Assembly (NCBI GenBank): GCA_016932965.1 | Contig: JAFGBW010000138.1 | Coordinates: 1-42,261 of the forward strand | Length of the DNA stretch: 42,261 nucleotides | Origin: Candidatus Auribacterota bacterium | GTDB lineage: Bacteria; Auribacterota; JAFGBW01 | Reading direction: 5' to 3' | Notes under the pieces: generated by a model | Told to the model about the DNA's origin: nothing | Seen by the model: the letters and a program-made list of their open reading frames with translations, nothing else | The model's database searches: none | Shown here: positions 26,999-35,354 of the stretch, piece by piece | How the letters are laid out: each line of letters starts with the position of its first letter | Numbering within the stretch: position 1 is the stretch's first letter | Made by a program: the position numbers and the translations under genes

Positions 26999-28651
26999 AT
27001 GATTCGTCCCGTCCAAACCCCGGTGCCGTTAAGACTCCTATCCTTGATATTGATTTCACCGTTTGTATTATTTCTATTTTTCAGATTTGTGCCTTCTTCC
27101 GAACCCTTTATCATCGGACGCCTGGCGTCATGGAACGCCTTGGTGTTTTTTATGCCGGGAATACTGCTCTATCTCCTGTCCCGTTATAAAAGAATCGTTT
27201 TTCACTATTCGCTTCTTTCTCAGGTCTTGATGATGTTCCTCGTCTATTTGAGTCTTCATTCCATCCTGACCGGCTATTATCTCCAGATGCTGACGCCTCT
27301 GGGACTGTTGTTTTATCTCATTCTTTTTTCCCAAATGTCTCATGAAAAGGAAAACCTGAAAGATCTTGTCCTCAAAATATCCCCTTTTCTGGTTGCATGG
27401 GGCCTCACCTTTTCCTTTCTCAGCCGTTACCCTGTTTTTTCTTTTCTTGATCTCTTTGGCCATCCTCATTTTACAGGAAGCTGGCTGCTCCTCTTCCTTC
27501 CCTTATTATTGACGGAGCTCAACCTGTCCAAGGGCCGCATCCTCAGGTCAGTTTTTACCGGCTCGGTGTTGGCCGGGGCCATTCTCTTTCTCTCATGCTT
27601 CGCTCAATCGCATTTTCTCTGTCTGCTGGCCCTGTGCAACGTCTCTGTCTTCTTCTATCATAAAGCCCCCCGTGCCTATAAACGATTTCTGGTATGGTTT
27701 TTTATAATCGCAGCATGCGCTTTTGTCTTTTTCCAAAGGGCTGACCTCCTGCGCTCGATCAAAGACCGTCTCTTTATTTGGCAATTGTGTCTGCAGGAAT
27801 GGAACAACGTGCCATTTTTCGGGAAAGGAATGGGAAACTTTGAATGCTATTATGCAAACATGTTAAACACAAAGCTCTTTAAGACCCCCTTTCTTTTTGA
27901 GAACACCCGTACCATTGGCGTGGAATGGGCGCACAACGAATTTCTCCATTCTTTCGTGGAATATGGAATACCCGGACTGGTGCTGGCGCTCGCGCTTTGC
28001 TTTTTGACTCTTTATCAATACGTTTTTTTTAACAACATGAAAGACCGGTTCTTTTATCTCGGACTGGTGAACCTGCTTCTGTATTCTTTTGTCTCCTTCC
28101 CCTTCAGGATGCCCTGCTCAGGCATTTTTTCATTTCTGTTCCTTTCTTTACTGGCATTGGAAAATACGGAAAAAACCTTTCTCGTTATAAAATTCGATCT
28201 CAAAAAATCGGCCAATTACCTGTTTCTGGAAACCGCTGTTTTATTTATGCTGGGGCTTGTCATCCTGAATTACAGAAACACAGCCGGATTGTATTTCTTC
28301 TCAAAAGCTGTGCGGCAAACCCCTATTTTGAAAACATCCTGGCTGGAAAAAAGCGTGCAATATGATCCTCATTCAAAGTTGTATTCTTTTGCCCTGGGAA
28401 AGGCTTATCTGAACTCAGGCCGTTTTCAGGAGGCGGAATACGCCTTTGAAAAAAGCGTGCAAATCGTGCCGCATTACGCCTGTTTGTTCGGCCTCGCCGT
28501 TTCCAAGGACCTCCTGGGTAAAACCGAACAGGCCAAAGACCTCTATGAGCGCGTCAAAAGAATCGCCCCGGATTTCTATCCCGCCTCTCATAATCTCGAT
28601 GTTTTACTGAAACGGGTCTCCCTGGAGAATTTTAAAAGGGATAATCAGTGA
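26999..28651 (+). CDS. O-antigen ligase-like (Wzy_C domain) polytopic membrane protein with C-terminal TPR repeats
   Basis: About 10 or more hydrophobic helices. The Wzy_C/WaaL/PglL-type loop is GVEWAHNEFLHSFVEYGIPGLVLALALCF. C-terminal TPR: LGKAYLNSGRFQEAEYAFEKSVQIVPHYA and GKTEQAKDLYERVKRIAPDFYPA. It is divergent from the LamG gene. Confidence 0.78.
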   Translation: MIRPVQTPVPLRLLSLILISPFVLFLFFRFVPSSEPFIIGRLASWNALVFFMPGILLYLLSRYKRIVFHYSLLSQVLMMFLVYLSLHSILTGYYLQMLTPLGLLFYLILFSQMSHEKENLKDLVLKISPFLVAWGLTFSFLSRYPVFSFLDLFGHPHFTGSWLLLFLPLLLTELNLSKGRILRSVFTGSVLAGAILFLSCFAQSHFLCLLALCNVSVFFYHKAPRAYKRFLVWFFIIAACAFVFFQRADLLRSIKDRLFIWQLCLQEWNNVPFFGKGMGNFECYYANMLNTKLFKTPFLFENTRTIGVEWAHNEFLHSFVEYGIPGLVLALALCFLTLYQYVFFNNMKDRFFYLGLVNLLLYSFVSFPFRMPCSGIFSFLFLSLLALENTEKTFLVIKFDLKKSANYLFLETAVLFMLGLVILNYRNTAGLYFFSKAVRQTPILKTSWLEKSVQYDPHSKLYSFALGKAYLNSGRFQEAEYAFEKSVQIVPHYACLFGLAVSKDLLGKTEQAKDLYERVKRIAPDFYPASHNLDVLLKRVSLENFKRDNQ

Positions 28652-28709
28652 AGGGAACCCGTTCTTTACCAGAAAAAAATAAATCGGATAGCAGTGATTA
28701 CATACCACC

Positions 28710-29723
28710 TTATGCAGCAGTCATTGCCTGACTTGCAGCTCTCATCACACTTGAAATTCTATCAACCACAAAAGAATCGATATTAGATCCAAGCATTACA
28801 TCCATGCCGCGAGGACCTCTATTTAAGGCATTCCTCCAAAATGCAAGTCGCATCATTTTATCCGCCAATTCATTATCAGGCAAGGCAGGCACCCCAAGAT
28901 TTTTTTTCATGAGCACTTCAGCTTCCGGAGAACGCAGCAGTGCCTCCTTATTTTTCTTCACTTCCTGTGCTTTATTTTTTCTGAATTGCCAATTCATGTA
29001 AATCATGAAAAAAGGAACCACAAAGGCAAAAATGTACCAGATATATGATTGAAAAAAGACAAGGGATATAAATAAGGGAACGGCAAAAGGGACAAAAGCA
29101 TGAAGAACTTTTTTCCTGATATCGGATTCTTTACCCAGTTTCAGGATGATGGGGTAAATCACCATCAGGTCAAGCATGCTGAACGTACCGCTTTTTATGA
29201 AGATATTTGCTCTTTGCTGGAACAGGGGAAGAGAGAAATAATCCATGACAGTAGAAAGGTAATCGAATCCGTAAATAAACCAGGCTAATTCTATTGCTAT
29301 GACAAAGAGAAAGAAAAAGCTGACAACCCCCCTCCTGTATTGTGAAGGAGAGATTTTTGGCATGACAAAATAACTCAATATTGAATTCGCAATGTAATAA
29401 CCCAGACTCAGAAAAAGCAGATTATTGAATTGCATCCCGGCTAAGGCTAATAGGGTATGTCCGCTGATATAGGCAAAAACCAATAAAACAAATATGGATG
29501 AAATGATATAGGGCCATGTGCTTGTGATCAAATCCATGAACGATTCAGCCGGGCTTACTTCCTCTTCCTGCAAACCGATTAAAACGCTCTGAGGGGCAAG
29601 ATGTTTGTTTGATGAATCATCTGATCCCTTTTCATAACACGGACAACACTCAACGAGTTGCAAAATAAAGGTTAAGATAAGAAAATATCTTATCCCATCA
29701 GCATGCATGAGTAAATTTTTCAT
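28710..29723 (-). CDS. Hypothetical polytopic membrane protein with a soluble C-terminal tail
   Basis: ORF with a signal-like N-terminus and a Cys cluster (VECCPCYEKG), several TM helices and a basic/helical C-terminal ~80 aa. No motif recognised. Confidence 0.5.
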   Translation of the reverse strand: MKNLLMHADGIRYFLILTFILQLVECCPCYEKGSDDSSNKHLAPQSVLIGLQEEEVSPAESFMDLITSTWPYIISSIFVLLVFAYISGHTLLALAGMQFNNLLFLSLGYYIANSILSYFVMPKISPSQYRRGVVSFFFLFVIAIELAWFIYGFDYLSTVMDYFSLPLFQQRANIFIKSGTFSMLDLMVIYPIILKLGKESDIRKKVLHAFVPFAVPLFISLVFFQSYIWYIFAFVVPFFMIYMNWQFRKNKAQEVKKNKEALLRSPEAEVLMKKNLGVPALPDNELADKMMRLAFWRNALNRGPRGMDVMLGSNIDSFVVDRISSVMRAASQAMTAA

Positions 29724-29870
29724 GGTCGTTCTATCTTGTTTTCTAATCCATCTATCATATTTTTACCACATAAAACAAATCTGTCAAAGTGTTAACTCAT
29801 ATTATTTTATCTTATAGTATTCTCGCTAAGCTTTGATAAATCAATGAACATATAAAAATTAATTTTTTAG

Positions 29871-29974
29871 ACAGGATTTTATTTATCCATAGGCAAACCT
29901 GTTAACTGCATCCTGTCAATCCTGTCTATATTTTCCTTCTATCGGCGAAGCTGAACCTATCCTGTTAATCCTGT
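29871..29974. repeat. Cluster of ACAGGAT/ATCCTGT heptamers (5 copies, pairs spaced 9 nt apart)
   Basis: ACAGGAT at 29871. ATCCTGT at 29910, 29919, 29959 and 29968. The same word cluster recurs at 37613-37691, including a shared GACAGGATTTTATTT string. Confidence 0.8.
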
Positions 29975-30054
29975 TTGATTAATTCCCTTCTTGTTTCGTA
30001 AATGCCTAACTAATGATATCTTCTTTTTCAACTAAGTTTGTGTAAACTTTTGAG

Positions 30055-30084
30055 TTGACATACAGATCAAACACAAATTATATT
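30055..30084 (+). promoter_or_regulatory. Sigma70-like promoter for the tRNA-Val / infC operon
   Basis: TTGACA at 30055-30060 and TATATT at 30079-30084 with an 18-nt spacer (or TTATAT with 17 nt). It lies about 20 nt upstream of the tRNA 5' end. Confidence 0.55.
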
Positions 30085-30104
30085 GCACCCTTAAATCCTC
30101 TCAT

Positions 30105-30178
30105 GGGTGATTAGCTCAGATGGATAGAGCGCTTGCTCGACACGCAAGAGGTCACTGGTTCGATTCCAGTATCGCCCA
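30105..30178 (+). tRNA. tRNA-Val (anticodon GAC); 74 nt, CCA not encoded
   Basis: Manual cloverleaf:
- Acceptor GGGTGAT/ATCGCCC plus discriminator A.
- D arm GCTC-AGATGGATA-GAGC.
- Anticodon arm CTTGC-TCGACAC-GCAAG.
- Variable loop AGGTC.
- T arm ACTGG-TTCGATT-CCAGT.
The acceptor stem and A73/A35/C36 fit valine identity. Position 33 reads C instead of the near-universal U. Confidence 0.85.
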
Positions 30179-30225
30179 TCTTGATACGGAAAAATATAAA
30201 TAACCATTCAATAAAGGAAAACAAT

Positions 30226-30747
30226 ATTAGTAATCTCAAGTTTAGAATCAATCGGGAAATCCCGGCCAAAGAAATCCGGGTCATCGCTGATGACGGACAA
30301 CAATTAGGCATCATCTCCAGAGATGAAGCTATTCGATTGGCAGAATCCAAACTCCTTGATCTGGTAGAAGTCAATCCCACCTCTGTCCCCCCTGTTTGCA
30401 GGATCATGGATTATGGCAAATTCAGATACAAGCAAACCAAAAAGGAAAAAGAAGCGAAAAAGAAGCAGCATGTGGTCAAAGTTAAAGAAATCAAATTAAG
30501 ACCGCAAATTGAAGAACATGATTATCTGGTCAAACTGGAAAGTGCTAAAAAATTTTTAACAAAAGGAAACAAGGTAAAAGTAACCCTGGTGTACAGGGGG
30601 AGAGAGCTGGCTCATAAAGAAATCGGAGAAGAGGTTCATAAAAAATTTTGCGCCGATATCGTTGAAACAAAACTGGGAGCCATAGAAAGCGAAGCAAAAA
30701 TGATCGGGAGGACTGTCCTGGTTGTTATAGGCCCTCTCAAACATTAA
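30226..30747 (+). CDS. infC: Translation initiation factor IF-3, probable ATT start codon
   Basis: IF-3 motifs: INREIPAKEIRVIADDGQQLGIISRDEAIRLAESKLLDLVEV, PPVCRIMDYGKFRY and KEIKLRPQIEEHDY. The track ORF (30133) starts inside the tRNA and is an artefact. ATT at 30226 sits 7 nt after AAGGAA and gives about 173 aa. Non-AUG (AUU) starts are the well-known autoregulatory feature of infC. Confidence 0.9.
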   Translation: MSNLKFRINREIPAKEIRVIADDGQQLGIISRDEAIRLAESKLLDLVEVNPTSVPPVCRIMDYGKFRYKQTKKEKEAKKKQHVVKVKEIKLRPQIEEHDYLVKLESAKKFLTKGNKVKVTLVYRGRELAHKEIGEEVHKKFCADIVETKLGAIESEAKMIGRTVLVVIGPLKH

Positions 30748-30783
30748 ACAATGACAGAATCGAACGCAGCAGGAAGGTAATGT

Positions 30784-30981
30784 ATGCCAAAATTAAAAAC
30801 GAATAAAAGCGTGTCAAAGAGATTTAAAAAAACGGCATCCGGTTTATTCAAAAGAAACAAAACCAGACGGCGTCATTTGATGATCTCAAAAAATACCAAA
30901 CAGAAAAGACAGTTTCGTAAAAAAGTGATTGTCAAACAACAGGACGCAAAACGGCTGTCTCGACTCATGCCGTATGCATGA
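30784..30981 (+). CDS. rpmI: 50S ribosomal protein L35
   Basis: MPKLKTNKSVSKRFKKTASG; a basic 65-aa protein in the canonical infC-rpmI-rplT position. Confidence 0.95.
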   Translation: MPKLKTNKSVSKRFKKTASGLFKRNKTRRRHLMISKNTKQKRQFRKKVIVKQQDAKRLSRLMPYA

Positions 30982-31006
30982 GCACCACAATCCGGAGGAA
31001 TAAATC

Positions 31007-31363
31007 ATGGTTAGAATAACAAATGTTCCTGCTTCAAAAGCAAGAAGAAAACGCGAACAAAAACTGGCAAAAGGATTTGTCGGCAGAAATAAGCATCTCA
31101 ATAGAATCACGTCAGGTGTTGTTAAAAAGGCTCTCGCCTATAAATTCAAAGGAAGAAAAATCTTTAAGAGAAACATGCGCTCGCTCTGGATCACCCGAAT
31201 AGGGATAGCGGTAAAGGAGCTGCAGATGAGCTATTCCGGTTTCATGAACGGATTGAAGAAAGCACAGGTGATCCTTAACCGGAAGATGCTTTCAGAATTG
31301 GCTGTCCGTCATAAAGAAGTGTTCGCACACTTGGGAAAAATATCAGCCGAAGCACGGAAATAA
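31007..31363 (+). CDS. rplT: 50S ribosomal protein L20
   Basis: MVRITNVPASKARRKR..., SLWITRIGIAVKE and ILNRKMLSELAV. Canonical position after rpmI. Confidence 0.95.
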   Translation: MVRITNVPASKARRKREQKLAKGFVGRNKHLNRITSGVVKKALAYKFKGRKIFKRNMRSLWITRIGIAVKELQMSYSGFMNGLKKAQVILNRKMLSELAVRHKEVFAHLGKISAEARK

Positions 31364-31402
31364 TTTTTCTTTGTCTTGAGTGAACTAAAATTGAGCTGAA
31401 TC

Positions 31403-32437
31403 TTGAATAATTCCTATCCTACAAACCTGTCCCCCGTTTTTCAGCAAGCAGAGGACCTGAAAAAACAGTTTTCTTCTGATTTGGCTCAGGCCGCATCAGA
31501 TGACCTCCCTCAGCTAAAGATAAAATACCTGGGCAGGAATGGATTGATCACTTCGTTGTTCAATGAATTGGGAAATGCAACCAGGGAGGAAAAGCCTAAG
31601 TTAGGAAAACTCCTCAATGAACTCAAAAACGAATTGTCCCAAACTCTCGAAACGATGCAAAAAACCAAAGTTCCTGGGACAAATACGGCCTCCTATGACG
31701 TCACGCTTCCAGGACGGACTCATGAAACAGGTACTCTTCATCCCCTGACAACCGTTCTTCAGGAAATCTGCGTTTTTTTTGAAAACATGGGTTTTACCGT
31801 TGCTGAAGGACCCGATATTGAATCCGAATACAATAATTTTACGGCTCTGAATATTTTAAACAACCATCCTGCCAGAGACATGCATGACACCTTCTATCTT
31901 GACAGCGGCGGATTGCTTCGAACCCATACCTCGCCTGTTCAAATCAGAGTCATGCAAAACGGGAAGCCTCCTTTTCGGGTGATCGCTCCTGGAAAAGTCT
32001 ACCGATGCGATTCGGACCTGAGGCACTCACCGATGTTTCATCAGGTGGAGGGCTTTTGCGTAGGAGAAGGAATCCATTTCGGACATTTGAAATATCTGCT
32101 GAAACTTTTTGCGAAAAAGATATTCGGCGAATCCGTTAAACTACGTTTCAGACCGTCTTTTTTTCCTTTTACTGAACCTTCGGCTGAAGTGGATATTTCC
32201 TGTGTCATTTGCCGGGGAAAAGGATGCAGGACATGTTCCAACTCCGGCTGGATCGAAATTCTGGGAGCGGGAATGATTCATCCCAATGTGTTGCATAACG
32301 TCCGTCTGGATCCTGAACACTTTAGCGGATATGCTTTTGGCATGGGTGTTGAACGGATTGCCATGCTGAAGTACGGTATCGGCGATATCCGCCTTTTTTT
32401 CGAAAATAATCACGACTTCCTGGTACAATTCAAATGA
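31403..32437 (+). CDS. pheS: Phenylalanine--tRNA ligase alpha subunit
   Basis: Class II aaRS motifs: FRPSFFPFTEPSAEVD, GWIEILGAGMIHPNVL and GYAFGMGVERIAMLKYG. TTG start at 31403. Confidence 0.95.
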   Translation: MNNSYPTNLSPVFQQAEDLKKQFSSDLAQAASDDLPQLKIKYLGRNGLITSLFNELGNATREEKPKLGKLLNELKNELSQTLETMQKTKVPGTNTASYDVTLPGRTHETGTLHPLTTVLQEICVFFENMGFTVAEGPDIESEYNNFTALNILNNHPARDMHDTFYLDSGGLLRTHTSPVQIRVMQNGKPPFRVIAPGKVYRCDSDLRHSPMFHQVEGFCVGEGIHFGHLKYLLKLFAKKIFGESVKLRFRPSFFPFTEPSAEVDISCVICRGKGCRTCSNSGWIEILGAGMIHPNVLHNVRLDPEHFSGYAFGMGVERIAMLKYGIGDIRLFFENNHDFLVQFK

Positions 32438-34803
32438 AATTGACTTTTAACTGGTTGAAAGAACATCTGGATTTCTCTCCCACTCTGGAAGAGACCCTGA
32501 CCAATCTGACGATGCTCGGATTAGAAGTGGAAGAAGTGAATCCTGTCAATCCTTTGTTTCCTGCTGTGATTTCCGCAAGAATAGAAAGCGTTGAAAACCA
32601 CCCCGGCTCGTCACAAATGAAAATATGCTCGGTTTCTGACGGCCATGAAACCCTCCCTGTTGTCTGCGGAGCCATGAATGTGCGCCCTGGCATGATCGTC
32701 CCCCTGGCAAAACCATCCTCCGAGATCTTGGGTAAAACCATCCAGGTTGCCTCCATCGCGGGAATCAATTCATACGGCATGCTCTGTTCGGAAAAAGAAC
32801 TCCAAATCGGATTCGATCAAACCGGAATTCTTGAACTGGAACAGGATACTGTTATAGGAAAAACCCTGAATGAAATATTATCATTAAACGACACGGTGAT
32901 AGACCTTTCCATCACGCCCAACCGCGGGGATTGCCTTTCAGTCAGAGGTATTGCCAGAGAAGTAGCCGCTTCTTTTTCTCAAAAAATACTAAAAAAAGAA
33001 CCTCCTATTCCGGCCGGAAAAAAAACGCAGATAAAAGTTGAAATACAGGAAAAGACACAGTGTCCAGTCTATGGCGGGGCCTTTTTAACGAATGTCAAAA
33101 TAGGAACATCCCCCTTTGCCATGCGATACCGTCTCTTTCTTGCCGGCATCCGCCCCATCAATAATATAGCGGATATCACCAATTTCATCCTGATTGATAT
33201 CGGTCAGCCGATGCACGCTTTTGATCATGATAAAATCGCCGGAAAAAAAATCATTGTCAGAAAAGCCAGAAAAGGGGAAAGCATTCTGGCTCTGGACGGT
33301 TTAAATTATGACTTGCATGACGAAGATCTGGTGATAGCAGACGAACATCAGGTTTTGGCAATCGCAGGCATCATGGGAGGCGAACTCTCTTCCGTCCATG
33401 CGGACACAAAAAACGTTTTTTTTGAAAGCGCCTGTTTTGATCCTGTTACTGTCCGCAGGACTTCGAGACGTCTGAATCTAAACAGTGAATCCTCTTATCG
33501 ATTTGAACGCGGAATCGACAGGGAAGCCATCCCCCTATCATTACTTCTTGCCTCAAATATGTCCAGAAACCTTGCAGGAGGAAACATCATCCATCCCCGA
33601 ATCAATCTTCATGACAAAATCTTTAAAAGGAAAAAAATCCTTCTCAGAACGGAACGATGTCATGCGCTATTGGGATTGAAATTAAAAGAAAAAGAAATTG
33701 AACGCATTTTAACCAGAATCGATATCAAAAAGTCAGGCAAACATTACTTGATTCCCTCCTTCCGTTCTGATTTAGAAAAAGAAATTGATCTGATTGAAGA
33801 AATAGCCCGTGTGCACGGATATGACCGTATTCCTGAAACTCATGAAAAAGTGGAAATCCTTTATACCTCCCCCTCACCCTTGATTCAACTCACTCAAACC
33901 ATCAAAGCCACCCTTGTTCAGGCAGGGTTCCTTGAAACCATCAATTACTCCTTCATGGACCCCAAAAACAATTTCTCCCTGGAAGGTTTCATTGAAAAAC
34001 CTTTATTTCCTGAAATAATATTGAATCCGCTCAGCCCGTCACAGTCGGTCATGAGACATAGTCTGTTACCGGGTCTTGTCCAGTCTGCCGTCAACTCAAG
34101 GCATTACGGAACCGCTGGAATAAAAATGTTTGAAACAGGCTGTGTTTTTCCTGGTAAAAAATCAAAATCTGGTTCAACGGATTCCCCACAGGTTTCCCAT
34201 ACCGGTCTGATTTTGACAGGAACGCATGTGCCTTCTTCACTCGGGGAGTCTGCCAGAAAACTGGACTTCCTCGATTTAAAAGGAGCGATCGAAATGATGT
34301 TCAATAAATTAAGAATTCCTGTTGAATTTGAACCACTGGAAAATCATTTGTTCCAAACCGGTCTAAAAGCAACATGCCGAGAAATCATATTGGGAATGTT
34401 CGGCGAACTTTCCGCCAATTTCATCAAACAAGATTGCAAAGACACTTTGTTTTATGGAGAATTTTCCAATGAAAAAATGGTATCCTGTCTGCCTCCTGAA
34501 ATTCAATACAGCCCTCTGAACAGGCTTCCCGCCATTACGGAAGACATGTCTTTTCTGGCAGATCAAAACATCACGCATCAAGAAATTGTCTCGACCATCC
34601 GGAAATGCGGCATAACGCTTTTAGAAGCCGTCAAGTTATTCGATATCTACCAGGGAAAAGGGATCCCTGACGGAAAAAAAAGCATGGCCTACTCCCTGAC
34701 TTACAGAGATAAACAAACCACTCTCACCATGGAAGCCGCTCACGCATCACATGAACAGATAAAAGAAAACCTGAAAAAAGAACTAAACGTGGAGTTCCGA
34801 TAA
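32434..34803 (+). CDS. pheT: Phenylalanine--tRNA ligase beta subunit
   Basis: MKLTFNWLKEHLD N-terminus, tRNA-binding domain (ARIESVENHPGSSQMKICSV), B3/4 (ITPNRGDCLSVRGIAREV), and FDIYQGKGIPDGKKSMAYSLTYR at the C-terminus. There is a 4-nt ATGA overlap with pheS. Confidence 0.95.
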   Translation: MKLTFNWLKEHLDFSPTLEETLTNLTMLGLEVEEVNPVNPLFPAVISARIESVENHPGSSQMKICSVSDGHETLPVVCGAMNVRPGMIVPLAKPSSEILGKTIQVASIAGINSYGMLCSEKELQIGFDQTGILELEQDTVIGKTLNEILSLNDTVIDLSITPNRGDCLSVRGIAREVAASFSQKILKKEPPIPAGKKTQIKVEIQEKTQCPVYGGAFLTNVKIGTSPFAMRYRLFLAGIRPINNIADITNFILIDIGQPMHAFDHDKIAGKKIIVRKARKGESILALDGLNYDLHDEDLVIADEHQVLAIAGIMGGELSSVHADTKNVFFESACFDPVTVRRTSRRLNLNSESSYRFERGIDREAIPLSLLLASNMSRNLAGGNIIHPRINLHDKIFKRKKILLRTERCHALLGLKLKEKEIERILTRIDIKKSGKHYLIPSFRSDLEKEIDLIEEIARVHGYDRIPETHEKVEILYTSPSPLIQLTQTIKATLVQAGFLETINYSFMDPKNNFSLEGFIEKPLFPEIILNPLSPSQSVMRHSLLPGLVQSAVNSRHYGTAGIKMFETGCVFPGKKSKSGSTDSPQVSHTGLILTGTHVPSSLGESARKLDFLDLKGAIEMMFNKLRIPVEFEPLENHLFQTGLKATCREIILGMFGELSANFIKQDCKDTLFYGEFSNEKMVSCLPPEIQYSPLNRLPAITEDMSFLADQNITHQEIVSTIRKCGITLLEAVKLFDIYQGKGIPDGKKSMAYSLTYRDKQTTLTMEAAHASHEQIKENLKKELNVEFR

Positions 34804-34809
34804 AATAAA

Positions 34810-35097
34810 ATGGCTAAATCCATCGAGGTCACTTTATTCGGCAAGCAATATCCTGTCCTATCAGACAAGGACGAGAAACATGTCGTAAAGGTGGCCACTT
34901 TGGTTGATTCCAAGATGAAAGAAATAGCTCAGGCTGCACCAGGGGCGTCCTATTCTCATCTGGCGGTAATGACTTGTCTCAATCTGGCTGATGAACTCTG
35001 TACCGCTAAAGAAAGACATTCTAACCATTATAAAGAAATTGACGAAAAAATCAACTCTCTTATTCAAGAAATCAATATCAAATTATCGAATGAATGA
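34810..35097 (+). CDS. zapA: Cell division protein ZapA
   Basis: A 95-aa protein with the ZapA-like pattern VTLFGKQYPVLSDKDEKHVVKVATLVDSKMKEI...AVMTCLNLADEL and a coiled-coil tail. It sits in the conserved position upstream of ssrS and the 5-FTHF cyclo-ligase gene. Confidence 0.8.
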   Translation: MAKSIEVTLFGKQYPVLSDKDEKHVVKVATLVDSKMKEIAQAAPGASYSHLAVMTCLNLADELCTAKERHSNHYKEIDEKINSLIQEINIKLSNE

Positions 35098-35105
35098 TTT
35101 AAAAG

Positions 35106-35133
35106 ATTGACCTTGCCGAAAAATATGGTAAAA
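35106..35133 (+). promoter_or_regulatory. Near-consensus sigma70 promoter with extended -10, driving the 6S RNA
   Basis: TTGACC at 35106-35111, a 16-nt spacer, and TGG-TAAAAT (-10 at 35128-35133, preceded by TG at 35125-35126). Confidence 0.65.
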
Positions 35134-35139
35134 TAATCT

Positions 35140-35340
35140 TAGATATAAGGAAGCAAACACAAACCCTGTTTTGCACGAGACCTTTGTCAATTTCGTTGAG
35201 CCAACACAAAAAAATGGGGAATTCGGAGTTCAGGCAGGGTAGTAACCGTGGTGACGGGACGCTCAGTCATGCCTGACAGAGTACCCACTTATGAAACGGG
35301 CTCCAATAGAAATGCAATGACGGCAAAAACAGGGTTTTTT
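35140..35340 (+). ncRNA. ssrS: 6S RNA (ends approximate)
   Basis: A 257-bp non-coding gap between zapA and the 5-formyl-THF cyclo-ligase gene, which is the conserved zapA-ssrS-ygfA arrangement known from E. coli and many other bacteria. A strong promoter lies upstream. The 5' segment AACCCTGTTTTGC (35161-35173) pairs with GCAAAAACAGGGTT (35323-35336) as a long closing stem, followed by a T-run. An inner pair TCAGGCA/TGCCTGA flanks a bulged central region. The length of about 180-200 nt fits 6S RNA. Confidence 0.7.
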
Positions 35341-35354
35341 ATTTTCTTCTCTGC

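Noticed and set aside
29871-29974. A CRISPR array, considered because of the repeated ACAGGAT units here and at 37613-37691.
   Set aside because: The units are 7-9 nt, appear in both orientations, and have no 25-40-nt spacers. There are no cas genes, so this is a REP/MITE-like repeat and not CRISPR.
30133-30225. The N-terminal extension of the infC ORF as listed in the track (start at 30133).
   Set aside because: The ATG lies inside the tRNA-Val gene and the extension has no IF-3 similarity. An ATT start with an RBS at 30226 explains the gene better.
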